Of a DNA stretch of 64,000 nt, positions 1 to 9,099 are shown in pieces; the stretch's first letter is position 1; the number at the start of each line of letters is the position of its first letter. The DNA comes from Patescibacteria group bacterium. GTDB taxonomy: Bacteria; Patescibacteriota; Minisyncoccia; 2-02-FULL-40-12; GWA2-44-9. The stretch lies in NCBI GenBank assembly GCA_038064515.1, contig JBBTSY010000005.1:50093-114092 (forward strand), in the 5' to 3' direction. Below the pieces are notes generated by a model. The model did not search any database, had not been told where the DNA came from, and saw only the letters and a program-made list of their open reading frames with translations. A program made the translations under genes and the position numbers.

Positions 1-183
1 CTCATTGATAGCTACCGTGGTTTTACTTGGTTGGAACGACAGAGCTACACCATTGGCGATAGCCGCACTTCCTTTATTCAAAGCAATATCAAGTTTCGGA
101 TATATGTAATACAAGACTCCCGAACCAACAAGAAGGAGTCCTCCCACAACCAGCAAAAGATTTTCCAAACGTTTATTCATAAA

Positions 184-1149
184 TTATCTGCCAAAATTGG
201 TTACTATAATATTATAATCAAAAAGATCTATATCGCCGTCTGTATCAAGGTCAGCTGATGATGAATTGTTTATAAATGCGCTTACAAATGCATTGTAATC
301 AAAAATATCTATCGTATTGATCGGCGCTACCATATCCCCAATTTTACTCACCTGCACAGTTACTGTTCTCGTGATGGACGATGATGGATTGGACGCAGTG
401 AGTGTATAGGTTGTGGCCGTGCTCGGAGCTACATCTTTTATTCCAGACAACTGAACCGTACCTACTCCTTGGTCGATACTTACCGCCGTAGTATTGGCAG
501 TTGACCAGGTTAATCGCGAGGAAGCTAAGGAACTAGGAACCAATAGTCCGGTTTTAATTGCCAGTGGTGAAGCCGATAGCTCGGCCGTAGGCGGATTATT
601 GGTAATAGTCATAGTAAGAGGAACACGGGTAGTTAATACGTTTGCCGGCTCTCCGACGGCAGCAACCTGACTTGTGGCATCAACTTGAATAGTCGCGGTG
701 CCAATTTGTACGGCTCGAAAAGTAATCAGAGCCACGGTTCCAATTCCCTGCCTGCCGGCAGTACCACTGCCTACGACAATGCTTGCCGTTCCCGATCCGA
801 TGATGCCTGGTGATAGTACTGACGGCAGAAAAGATCCGCCAGTAATACTGATCGGTTGCAATGTATTTTGCGGAAAGCTGATGCGGATATCGGCGGCGGT
901 TACCATGGCGGTCCCCGTATTAAGCACGACATCAACGGTAAATTGATTATTCAAAACAACGCTCGTAGTAGTGGATTGTACCGAGAGAGTCACCCCGCTC
1001 ACCGCCGCATCACCCCTATTAAAATCTAGCTGGGATTTAGGGAGAACATATTGATATGCGAGAAAACCAATCACTACGATAACAATAATACCAAAAAGCG
1101 CACGGTGATTTACCGGAGGCGGAGCATCAAACGGGTGTATTGGGTCCAT
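184..1149 (-). CDS. Secreted/membrane-anchored protein with Ig-like repeats and a C-terminal dockerin-type Ca-binding repeat pair
   Basis: N-terminal TM helix (ALFGIIVIVVIGFLAYQYVL). The C-terminus has two DxDxDGxIDxFDYN repeats (DTDGDIDLFDYNIIVTNFGR), the dockerin type I signature. The body is Thr/Ser/Val-rich beta-type sequence. Confidence 0.6.
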   Translation of the reverse strand: MDPIHPFDAPPPVNHRALFGIIVIVVIGFLAYQYVLPKSQLDFNRGDAAVSGVTLSVQSTTTSVVLNNQFTVDVVLNTGTAMVTAADIRISFPQNTLQPISITGGSFLPSVLSPGIIGSGTASIVVGSGTAGRQGIGTVALITFRAVQIGTATIQVDATSQVAAVGEPANVLTTRVPLTMTITNNPPTAELSASPLAIKTGLLVPSSLASSRLTWSTANTTAVSIDQGVGTVQLSGIKDVAPSTATTYTLTASNPSSSITRTVTVQVSKIGDMVAPINTIDIFDYNAFVSAFINNSSSADLDTDGDIDLFDYNIIVTNFGR

Positions 1150-1163
1150 GTATGTTTATTATA

Positions 1164-3200
1164 TTACGATCCGAAGTTCCCTACCAGGATATTATAATCA
1201 AAGATATTCACCGTGCCATTGCCGTCAATGTCTTCGGGAATCCATCCCGGAGAACCTGATTGACCAAATCTGCCGACTAGGCGGTTATAGTCGAAGATAT
1301 CAATATCACCGTCGCGGTCAATGTCGCCGGGACGGTAGGTTGTACTACCGCAAATGAAGTTACTTGCAGTCGCCGCACTGTTCCCACCGCTATTAGCGGC
1401 GTGAACCCACCAGTTGTAGGCCCTATTTTGAGTAACGGGTAACGTATAGGTGACCACGGTCAGGTTATTGACGATTTTATCCGGCGGATCAGAGCAGAAC
1501 CAGCCATCTTGGCAACTTGAAGTATTATTGGTGGTCTCATCCACTCGGATATAGTAGGCAGTAGCTCCTGATACTGGTTGCCAGCTAAGCACAACTTGGG
1601 TGTTATTGTTACTGCAGACGCTCGTAAGCCCTTGGGGAGATGCGGGCGGAACTATGATAACGGGAGGCAGAAGATGAAATGTTTTCGTTCCCAAGAGAGG
1701 ATTGGTGGCCGTCCCGGCTTGGCCTTGCGGAGGGATATTGATGGCATACGCAGAAACGGTGTGGTTTTGGCCATCAAGGAATCTTGCGGGGAGTTGAGTA
1801 AGGTCATAAGTAAACCCATGGTTATCGGTGATTGTGGGATACGTGGGTCGGTAGACCCGGCTCACATCGCCCCTGATTTTATCGGCAGAAACAGCCGCCA
1901 AGACACAGGTAGCGGGAGGACACGCTCCCGGGATACCGTCAAAGTAGAGATGCACCGTAGCTGTCTGTGTCGGATCATCCGGATCAAAGGTCCAGCCGAA
2001 GATGCTGTTTGCTGCTATTATTCCCCCGCCTTCAGTGGGAATTTGCGTGTAGGTGGGTCCGTCGTTGGAGCCCAGAGCGGTCTGGTCCGGCGCGGGAGGC
2101 GGCGGACCACCCGTGACAGATGGATATGCAACTTTAAACCAGCGACTGAGCGTCAGATTGCCGTACTCACTTCCCGTTTCAATCGCAACGATCTTTGTTA
2201 TCTCTCCACCTTCCAGCACGCCCAGATTAGTTAGAATATGGCCTCCCGAATCCGATGCGGGATCGTAACAACCATTGTCATTGAAGTCATGACCGCCATG
2301 CCAATACATCAGCGTGTGACTCAAGGCTGGTCTAGCATAGTCGCTGTAATTAAACAACCAGGTGTGATTTCCGTACACAGACCGCGGATCGTTCACCAGT
2401 AGCATAGTGCGTCCCCATATATCAGGATCCGCGTCGCTGTAGTAGCCCAGAGGAAGTGGCGGAACATGAAAAGCGGGAGCATACGGGAAGAACCCGCCGA
2501 TGGATGTCATGTAAGAATCGGTTAATTCGGGAGCCATATAAGTCCATTCCGCACTCGCTCCAAAACCCTGGCGGATTGCCGACAGTCCCCAGTAATGCTC
2601 CGAGAACTGCGATGCGGTGAGCTGGGCAGAGGAGTACGGGGATTGCGATGAGATGTATGCGTATCCGTACACGCCACCGGCATACCAGGGAGACGGATCG
2701 TTATCACCCACGACACTGCGAAGAATTAGTGACTGTGTTTGTGATCCTTGTTCGGGCGTCCAGGAAAAGGTAAATCCGACCGACACTTCGGGAGGGCCGG
2801 ACGCATACTCTATATCGGGAACATAGATTTGGAGAGAAGACCCGTTAAATGACCAGGAACCCGCGCGCTGAACCATTCTAAAATTTCCGGCCGTAATAAA
2901 CCCCGGCTGACAGTTTGGATTGTAGTTGGGCGGGAGAATGCCCGGCGTAAGACGCATCGCATTGTGTTTCTTCGTCGTGTCAGAATAGTCACCTACAACC
3001 GTCTTAAGATAATACATATCCGCCGTCCCACCCGCATTGAGCGCCGCATACCCGAGAATCACGGTGCTTCCGTTGGGAGTGCCGAAGTTTCCATTGAACA
3101 GAATATATTTACCAGAAAAGTCGGCAACGGTTTTCATGCCGGAACCATGAGCGGATATCGTGGCACTCGTCTGGCCTCCGCGGCCGTCATTCACCGTCAC
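1164..3200 (-). CDS. Large secreted protein, C-terminal FN3-like region plus dockerin repeat pair; GTG start as called is probably artificial (see in-frame upstream fragment)
   Basis: The C-terminus reads GDIDRDGDIDIFDYNRLVGRFG...DIDGNGTVNIFDYNILVGNFGS, i.e. two dockerin repeats. It is preceded by an FN3-like segment (VVLSWQPVSGATAYYIRVDE). The ORF is in the same frame as 3240..3512, separated only by one TAA. Confidence 0.55.
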   Translation of the reverse strand: MTVNDGRGGQTSATISAHGSGMKTVADFSGKYILFNGNFGTPNGSTVILGYAALNAGGTADMYYLKTVVGDYSDTTKKHNAMRLTPGILPPNYNPNCQPGFITAGNFRMVQRAGSWSFNGSSLQIYVPDIEYASGPPEVSVGFTFSWTPEQGSQTQSLILRSVVGDNDPSPWYAGGVYGYAYISSQSPYSSAQLTASQFSEHYWGLSAIRQGFGASAEWTYMAPELTDSYMTSIGGFFPYAPAFHVPPLPLGYYSDADPDIWGRTMLLVNDPRSVYGNHTWLFNYSDYARPALSHTLMYWHGGHDFNDNGCYDPASDSGGHILTNLGVLEGGEITKIVAIETGSEYGNLTLSRWFKVAYPSVTGGPPPPAPDQTALGSNDGPTYTQIPTEGGGIIAANSIFGWTFDPDDPTQTATVHLYFDGIPGACPPATCVLAAVSADKIRGDVSRVYRPTYPTITDNHGFTYDLTQLPARFLDGQNHTVSAYAINIPPQGQAGTATNPLLGTKTFHLLPPVIIVPPASPQGLTSVCSNNNTQVVLSWQPVSGATAYYIRVDETTNNTSSCQDGWFCSDPPDKIVNNLTVVTYTLPVTQNRAYNWWVHAANSGGNSAATASNFICGSTTYRPGDIDRDGDIDIFDYNRLVGRFGQSGSPGWIPEDIDGNGTVNIFDYNILVGNFGS

Positions 3201-3239
3201 TGTAGTGGTAACTACAGTTGCTGACCCCGTAATTGGACA

Positions 3240-3512
3240 TTAAGCTTTGTTTCCGGACCCGGAAGCGCACCCGGACCAAGCATAAGAAAGCGGGTCGCCG
3301 TCGAGATCGGCCGCGGTCGCTTCAAAAAATGCCGTACAATTTGCGACACACTTTCCGCTGCTCTTGAGCGTAACCGAAGGAGCGCGATTCGACTCTGCCG
3401 CTTTGGGTTGTGAAAAATCTACGCGATACCCAAAATTGATAAATAATTGATAAATGCCTATCGGTAAAAATAGGATAATGAGACCGATGATTATTTTTTC
3501 ACGATTATTCAT
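3240..3512 (-). CDS. N-terminal fragment (signal/TM plus start of a PKD-like domain) of the downstream dockerin protein, interrupted by an in-frame TAA
   Basis: MNNREKIIIGLIILFLPIGIY is a TM/signal segment. DLDGDPLSYAWSGCASGSGNKA is the first half of a PKD-like motif. Translation continues in frame after the TAA as CPITGSATVVTTTVTVNDG..., which is the start of ORF 1164..3200. Confidence 0.5.
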   Translation of the reverse strand: MNNREKIIIGLIILFLPIGIYQLFINFGYRVDFSQPKAAESNRAPSVTLKSSGKCVANCTAFFEATAADLDGDPLSYAWSGCASGSGNKA

Positions 3513-3536
3513 TCACCAATGCCCCCGTTTATGCCT

Positions 3537-4190
3537 TTATTGTCGTCGATACACGGGAATCTGGCCTACGAAGGTGTAAGGATCAGCTTTTGCGTACCAA
3601 ACAAATTCATTGTTGTTGATGCAGAATACTTTCTTGAAAAAGTTCGCGTCCCATCGGACCGCGACATCTCCCGCGACTTGGACATGATGCAACGTTCCAG
3701 TATCCTCACCGGTTACTTCTAGCGCGTACACTTTCGGATCATTCGTTTCGCAATTCTGAAAAAGAACGCTCGTGAAATACTGGTCTCGAAGCACCGGAGA
3801 CACCCGAGTTACATTCCCCCACCCACCAAGGTGACCATAGAAATTGAAGATTATGGGGTTCAGAAAAAGGCGTTTATAGCCCCACGAATTCACAATGTAA
3901 ATATCAGGGTCAATAGTGCCAAAAGCGCTGACCATCGTACCTTCGGGTAGAATCACCGCTGGGATTGGCAACGGACAAATAAAAATCGGATCGCACGGCG
4001 TCGTAAAGCACTGAACTACTTCGTAATAGCACCCGAAAGCGCAATATCCTTCTTCAGGTTCAGGGATCATACAGGCCGGACGGGCATCCAAACACGCTGG
4101 ACGCACCTGACAAGCCGGCGCTTCAGCCTGCGCCGCGAATCCCACCATAAAGAATCCGATCATGATCCCAAAGAAAATGAGTTTTTTCAT
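3537..4190 (-). CDS. Secreted cysteine-rich hypothetical protein (start moved to MKKLIFFG...)
   Basis: The ATG at 4190..4188 lies immediately after the tkt stop codon (TAA 4194..4192). It gives a signal peptide MKKLIFFGIMIGFFMVGFAAQA followed by many Cys. The longer ORF-track start would overlap tkt by ~120 bp. Confidence 0.5.
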   Translation of the reverse strand: MKKLIFFGIMIGFFMVGFAAQAEAPACQVRPACLDARPACMIPEPEEGYCAFGCYYEVVQCFTTPCDPIFICPLPIPAVILPEGTMVSAFGTIDPDIYIVNSWGYKRLFLNPIIFNFYGHLGGWGNVTRVSPVLRDQYFTSVLFQNCETNDPKVYALEVTGEDTGTLHHVQVAGDVAVRWDANFFKKVFCINNNEFVWYAKADPYTFVGQIPVYRRQ

Positions 4191-4191
4191 A

Positions 4192-5055
4192 TTATTCATG
4201 TTCCGATTGTATTTTACCACGAAGCGTTCGGAGTTCAGATAGAAATTTTTTTGCTTCTTCTGGTTTCGGCGGCACGCCATGCCATTTATAATCAAACTGA
4301 ATCGCTTCAATCCCCTTCCCGGGAATAGTATGTGCGATAATTAACGTTGGTTTTTCATGGATGGCTTTAGCTTGTTCTACTGAATCGACAAACTGCTCGA
4401 TATTGTGGCCATCGACCTCAAGAACATGCCAATTAAAAGCTTCCCACTTAGCTCGCAATGATTCAAGCGGCATAATATCCTCTGTCATCCCATCAATCTG
4501 AATATTATTCCTATCGATAACGCCCGTAAGGTTCGAAAGTTTGTATTTTCCGGCAAACATTGCCGCCTCCCATGTTGCTCCCGAGTCCTGTTCTCCATCC
4601 GACATGGCGCAGTACACGCGGAATTTTTTGTTATCCATGCGCGTAGCATAGGCATAGCCGGCGGCCTGCCCCAAACCGGAGCCAAGCGGTCCCGAGGTAG
4701 TTTCAAGGCCGGGTAATCGTTCTCGTTCGGGATGGCCCTGCAGACGCGAACCAAATTTGCGAAGCGTTTTTAATTCTTCCAATGGGAAATAACCGGCATG
4801 AGCCATGGTTGCATATTGCACTGGCGCAATGTGACCATTGGAAAGAATAAACCGATCCCGCTCGCTCCAGCTAGGATCTTTAGGATTATGATTAAGGACA
4901 TGGAAGTAGAGCGCCGTGAAGATATCCGCCATGCCTAAAGGTCCAGCCGTATGACCCGAACCCGCTTCTACGAGCATCTCAATAATACTTTGTCGTATAT
5001 CGTTGGCTTTGAGCTCGAGCTCTTTTATTTTATCTTCGTGGATGTAATGGGACAT
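4192..5055 (-). CDS. tkt: Transketolase, N-terminal (thiamine-diphosphate-binding) subunit
   Basis: GHTAGPLGMADIFTALYFHVLNHNPKDPSWSERDRFILSNGH and GHPE motifs are typical of the split transketolase N-terminal subunit. At 287 aa it is the subunit form. No C-terminal subunit lies adjacent. Confidence 0.85.
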   Translation of the reverse strand: MSHYIHEDKIKELELKANDIRQSIIEMLVEAGSGHTAGPLGMADIFTALYFHVLNHNPKDPSWSERDRFILSNGHIAPVQYATMAHAGYFPLEELKTLRKFGSRLQGHPERERLPGLETTSGPLGSGLGQAAGYAYATRMDNKKFRVYCAMSDGEQDSGATWEAAMFAGKYKLSNLTGVIDRNNIQIDGMTEDIMPLESLRAKWEAFNWHVLEVDGHNIEQFVDSVEQAKAIHEKPTLIIAHTIPGKGIEAIQFDYKWHGVPPKPEEAKKFLSELRTLRGKIQSEHE

Positions 5056-5057
5056 AG

Positions 5058-5354
5058 CTATGAAAAACGAATATAGAAATGGAGAAAGCCTCCAAACACT
5101 AAAGCTCCGAGAGAACCCCCAAGAAAATAGGCAGCAATACTTCTCATCTGATTAGTCCTGAAAATCATTAAAAAAATACTTGAGAGTATGATGCCAATTC
5201 CGCTAGCCATCAATATAGAAACAGAAAGTATTGATAAGCCAAGATATCCGAACCCGTCAGCATTCATAACATCTTTGCCGAAAAATACGGCCATTAACAT
5301 AAGCGCAGTTATAGCTCCATACAGCACTTTTTTTTGTATTTCTTTCATAATCAT
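5058..5354 (-). CDS. Small integral membrane protein (3 predicted TM helices)
   Basis: The hydrophobic composition is read from the translation only. Confidence 0.4.
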   Translation of the reverse strand: MIMKEIQKKVLYGAITALMLMAVFFGKDVMNADGFGYLGLSILSVSILMASGIGIILSSIFLMIFRTNQMRSIAAYFLGGSLGALVFGGFLHFYIRFS

Positions 5355-5534
5355 TTATACTGTGATTGCATCCTACTTTTGAGGGCAGCAAGGAGATGGT
5401 GGTCTTCTCCTCTACCGTCAGACCGTTAGGGCGGAAAGAGGCTCAGATTACATGGATGCTTTAGCGTGGTTGGGCAACGAACCCACACGCAAGATCATAG
5501 AGCCGTGCCCCCCTGCTATCACAGGAGGGTCGTT

Positions 5535-6602
5535 TTATAAAGAGCCTGCTACTTTCAATACATGCTGTACTAGGGTATTCGTATAGCCAAATTCATTGTC
5601 ATACCATGAATACACACAACACAGATCGCCATCCACGACTTTGGTCAGAGATAGATCAACGATAGCGGCGTGAGGATCGCCGATAATATCGGTCGAAACA
5701 ATGGGGTCGTTCGTCGTCCGCATGATCCCCCGCCAGCGAGACTCTTGTTCGGCAGATTTGAGAATTGAATTAATTTCTTCTATAGTCGTCGACTTTTCGG
5801 AAATAAACACGATTGCCGAAAGCGAGCCGGTAACCGTCGGCACCCGCATGGCGACACCGTCGAATTTATCTTTCAGCCCTACTACGGCTCGAGCAACGGC
5901 GATTGCCGCACCGGTGGTGGAAGGCACGATGTTGACTCCGGCCGCCCGTCCCCGCCGCAGATCATCGCCTTTCACGGGACCATCGATCAAATTTTGAGTG
6001 GCGGTATAGCCGTGCACGGTGTTGAGGAACGCTTTTTTGATACCCAGCTTTTCGGAGAGAATCTGCATCACCGAGGAAGCGGAATTTGTCGTACAAGAGC
6101 CGTTGGAGGAGATGGAACAGGTTTTGAGATCGCCGTCGTTAACTCCCATAAGCACCGTTCGCGCATCCGGCCCATCTTCGTCTTTGGCCGGAGCCGTTAA
6201 TACCACCCGTTTGGCGCCAGCTTGGATGTGCACCCTCGCTTTATCATAGCTTTCAAAAGCACCGGTTGATTCAATGACGATGTCTATCCCAAGTTGTGCC
6301 CATGGAAGTCGGGTTGGCTCCTTTTCCTGTATAAAACACACCTCTTTATCGCCGACGATTAAGTACCTCTCCCTGCCAGATTCTCTAGTGCTCACCTGCT
6401 TATCGTAGCGGCCATATACCGAATCATATCGCAGGAGATAGGCTAAGTTTTCAATATTACCTAGATCATTGACGGCCACGATATCGAGCCTTGCCTGCGC
6501 AGGCAGGCCTGCCTTTTCCAAAGCAAGCTTAAAAAATGACCGGCCAATTCGGCCAAAACCATTGATAGCTACCTTAACCGGCGTTGAGGCGGCAAACAAC
6601 AT
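5535..6602 (-). CDS. gap: Glyceraldehyde-3-phosphate dehydrogenase (type I)
   Basis: VKVAINGFGRIGR is a Rossmann NAD-binding motif, and SCTTN carries the catalytic Cys. The start was moved to ATG 6602 (MLFAASTPVKV) because the longer ORF-track call would swallow the 3' end of rnhB. Confidence 0.85.
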   Translation of the reverse strand: MLFAASTPVKVAINGFGRIGRSFFKLALEKAGLPAQARLDIVAVNDLGNIENLAYLLRYDSVYGRYDKQVSTRESGRERYLIVGDKEVCFIQEKEPTRLPWAQLGIDIVIESTGAFESYDKARVHIQAGAKRVVLTAPAKDEDGPDARTVLMGVNDGDLKTCSISSNGSCTTNSASSVMQILSEKLGIKKAFLNTVHGYTATQNLIDGPVKGDDLRRGRAAGVNIVPSTTGAAIAVARAVVGLKDKFDGVAMRVPTVTGSLSAIVFISEKSTTIEEINSILKSAEQESRWRGIMRTTNDPIVSTDIIGDPHAAIVDLSLTKVVDGDLCCVYSWYDNEFGYTNTLVQHVLKVAGSL

Positions 6603-6609
6603 ACCTATA

Positions 6610-7251
6610 TTATAGCAGTTTTCCCGCCCACGAGAATGAGCGCCTGTGTATAGGCGAAGGTCCGAGCGCGATAAGTCGGGCATGATGTAGTTTCGTACCA
6701 TAACCTTTGTGTTTTTCGAAGCCGTATCCCGGAAATTTTTTAGCATAACGGCCCATCATCTCATCACGAAAAACCTTCGCAATGATTGAGGCACATGCTA
6801 TGGCAAATACCTTGCGGTCGCCTTTGATTATCGCCTCCTGTGCAAATGGAATATCTTTGATTTTTTTATTTCCGTCTACGAGTACCACGACTTTCTTCTT
6901 TTTGCTTTCTATTTTTAGCTTGCGTATCACTTGCCTCATGGCTTGGCGAGAAGCTTGGTAAATATTGATACGGTCGATTGTTCGAGAAGAACAATATGCC
7001 ACTTTAAATCGAATGTTTTCCTGTTTTAATGCACTGGAAAATACTTTCCGTTGATGTGGCGCAAGAAGCTTAGAATCCCGTAGGCCGTGGAGTGCGCGAT
7101 GATTTGTATTAAAAAAATCTTTTCCAAAAACTGCCGCACAGACTACGACAGGACCCGCCAAACACCCCATGCCCACTTCATCAATACCAACAACATGCGA
7201 GTATCCTTCTTGAAATAATTTGCGTTCTTTGGTTTTAGATGGTAATTTCAT
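6610..7251 (-). CDS. rnhB: Ribonuclease HII
   Basis: The GIDEVGMGCLAGPVVVCAAV motif is present and the size fits (213 aa). Confidence 0.85.
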   Translation of the reverse strand: MKLPSKTKERKLFQEGYSHVVGIDEVGMGCLAGPVVVCAAVFGKDFFNTNHRALHGLRDSKLLAPHQRKVFSSALKQENIRFKVAYCSSRTIDRINIYQASRQAMRQVIRKLKIESKKKKVVVLVDGNKKIKDIPFAQEAIIKGDRKVFAIACASIIAKVFRDEMMGRYAKKFPGYGFEKHKGYGTKLHHARLIALGPSPIHRRSFSWAGKLL

Positions 7252-7277
7252 ACAGGTTTGCGAGAAAGGAGAACGAC

Positions 7278-7556
7278 ATGCAACGTTGGGATGACGTTCA
7301 GACGTACACTCAAGGCAAGTGCCAGATGTGCAACCGTCAGAAACAGCTTCGGGCCGGCACCCTGGATTCCGGGAAACAGTGGCGGCTCTGCGACGACTGT
7401 CACCAACGCTGGGAGATCACCGAATCCGAGCAGGGTAACCCCGAATTCATCGGCGCAACGCTCCGCGAGGAAGTTGATGCGCGAGATGGCGGCACTTCCT
7501 ATCGTACCGTTCGTATGATGAGCACCCCAGCGACGGTCCCGGGCCTAGGCGACTAG
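7278..7556 (+). CDS. Small zinc-ribbon protein (two CxxC pairs), GC-rich relative to neighbours
   Basis: CQMCNRQ...CDDCHQRW provides the CxxC pairs. A canonical AAGGAG sits 6 nt upstream of the ATG at 7278. GC content is visibly higher than in the flanking rnhB and SpoU genes. Confidence 0.45.
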   Translation: MQRWDDVQTYTQGKCQMCNRQKQLRAGTLDSGKQWRLCDDCHQRWEITESEQGNPEFIGATLREEVDARDGGTSYRTVRMMSTPATVPGLGD

Positions 7557-8059
7557 GCCCTTTTCTTTTCCATGAGCTTGTATGCCGCAATCCCAAACGC
7601 GACCGCAACATTCAGCGATTCCTTTCTGCCACACATCGGTAATTCAATAATCGCATCACAGGAATTTAGAACCTTCTTACTCATACCATTCACTTCATTG
7701 CCCACGATTAATGCTAGAGGAAATTTCGGTTCGTACTTTCTATAGTCTATTGATTTTGATGATTGTTCAAGAGCGATGATATGAACATCTTCCTTCTTTA
7801 GTCGTTCAATAAGTCGCCACGCTTGAGGAACATACTCCCATGCCACTGACTTTTCCGCTCCCAGCGCCGTCTTGGCAATTTTGCTGCGTCCGCCGAAATC
7901 TTGATGGAGGCTGATCTCTTTACTAGTGAGCGGTGTTGGCGTGTAACCGCATAGATAGATTTTTTCTACGCCAACTGCATCAGCAGTACGAAAAATTGAG
8001 CCTACATTAAAGGCGCTGCGGATGTTATTGAGTATCAACATGATGCTTTTTCTGGGCAT
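7553..8059 (-). CDS. SpoU/TrmH-family RNA 2'-O-methyltransferase
   Basis: The family is identified from the motifs RSAFNVGSIFRTADAVGVEKIYLCGYTPTP and IVGNEVNGMS. The start was moved to MPRKSIMLI at 8059. Confidence 0.75.
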   Translation of the reverse strand: MPRKSIMLILNNIRSAFNVGSIFRTADAVGVEKIYLCGYTPTPLTSKEISLHQDFGGRSKIAKTALGAEKSVAWEYVPQAWRLIERLKKEDVHIIALEQSSKSIDYRKYEPKFPLALIVGNEVNGMSKKVLNSCDAIIELPMCGRKESLNVAVAFGIAAYKLMEKKRA

Positions 8060-8359
8060 AGGAGGTCTTTTGTTTAGTAGGTTCGTTACGAAATTTTCAG
8101 ATGTGTGACGAGGCAAAACAAAAATTTTGAAGCATAGAAATCTCTGTTGATAAATTTTTGTGAAGCCGCAGTCCACATGTGAAAATTGCAGTAGAAATTT
8201 ACTATACAAAAGACCTCCTCGAATGCTATAGTATCAATGCACTAACTACAAGCCATAAGGTAGAAATATGCCTGCTTTTAGCGAGTATACGGCACCTCAT
8301 GGCGGAATACACAGTATGGAAACATTAAACCTCTCGTCTGGGCCGGGACGGTCGTCCTG

Positions 8360-9055
8360 GTGGTTCTCGGACTTTTCCTGCTCGTCAGTACCAATCATCT
8401 CTTAAATACCGCAACGACCTCGAATACGGTTTCCTTCAGCGGTGAAGGAAAAGTCATAACTAAACCAGATATTGCTACGGTCAGTTTGGCAATCGTAACT
8501 GAAGGAGTAACTTCCAAGGCGGCCCAAGACGCAAACTCCCAGAAATCAAAATCATTAACCGATTTCTTAAAGAAGAGCGGTGTTGAAGACAAAGATATCA
8601 AGACATCTTCATACAACATCAATCCGACCTACACTTATCCTCCATCTGGCACTCCTCGCATTACCGGATATTCCGTCAATCAATCAGTAGGGATAAAAAT
8701 CCGTGATCTTGATAAAGTAAACGACATTCTCGACGGCGTCGTCACTGCTGGCGTAAACCAGGTTAGCGGCTTACAGTTCACCGTTGATGATATTGAAAAA
8801 CTCCGTGCGGAAGCTCGTGAACTGGCAATCAAAGATGCCAAGAAAAAAGCCGATGTACTAGAGGATCAAATTGGCGTCAGTCTTGGTAAAATCGTAAATT
8901 TTTCCGAGAACTTCAGTGACTATCCCACCCCGATCTACTTCGCTAAAGAGCTTTCCGCTGATGGTCGCGGCGGCATGGGCGGCGGCGGACCGTCCATCCC
9001 AGCAGGCGAAAATGAAATAATCATCCAGATACAGATAACTTACCAAATTAAGTAA
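8360..9055 (+). CDS. SIMPL/DUF541-domain periplasmic protein
   Basis: There is an N-terminal TM segment. The remaining sequence (ITGYSVNQSVGIKIRDLDKVNDILD...GLQFTVDDIEKLRAEARELAIKDAKKKADVLEDQIG) matches the SIMPL family pattern. Confidence 0.7.
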   Translation: MVLGLFLLVSTNHLLNTATTSNTVSFSGEGKVITKPDIATVSLAIVTEGVTSKAAQDANSQKSKSLTDFLKKSGVEDKDIKTSSYNINPTYTYPPSGTPRITGYSVNQSVGIKIRDLDKVNDILDGVVTAGVNQVSGLQFTVDDIEKLRAEARELAIKDAKKKADVLEDQIGVSLGKIVNFSENFSDYPTPIYFAKELSADGRGGMGGGGPSIPAGENEIIIQIQITYQIK

Positions 9056-9070
9056 CCTGCTTGGCCTATC

Positions 9071-9097
9071 ATAAAACCGCCAGCAAGGCGGTTTTAT
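9071..9097. terminator. Bidirectional rho-independent terminator between convergent genes
   Basis: ataaaaccgcc-agcaa-ggcggttttat is a perfect hairpin flanked by A/T runs. Confidence 0.7.
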
Positions 9098-9099
9098 GA

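Noticed and set aside
3537-4310. ORF-track extension of the Cys-rich protein to 257 aa
   Set aside because: The extension overlaps tkt by ~120 nt. A signal peptide begins at the Met at 4190, immediately after the tkt stop.
5535-6746. ORF-track extension of gap to 403 aa
   Set aside because: The extra 48 N-terminal codons overlap the 3' end of rnhB. The Rossmann motif begins right after the internal Met at 6602.
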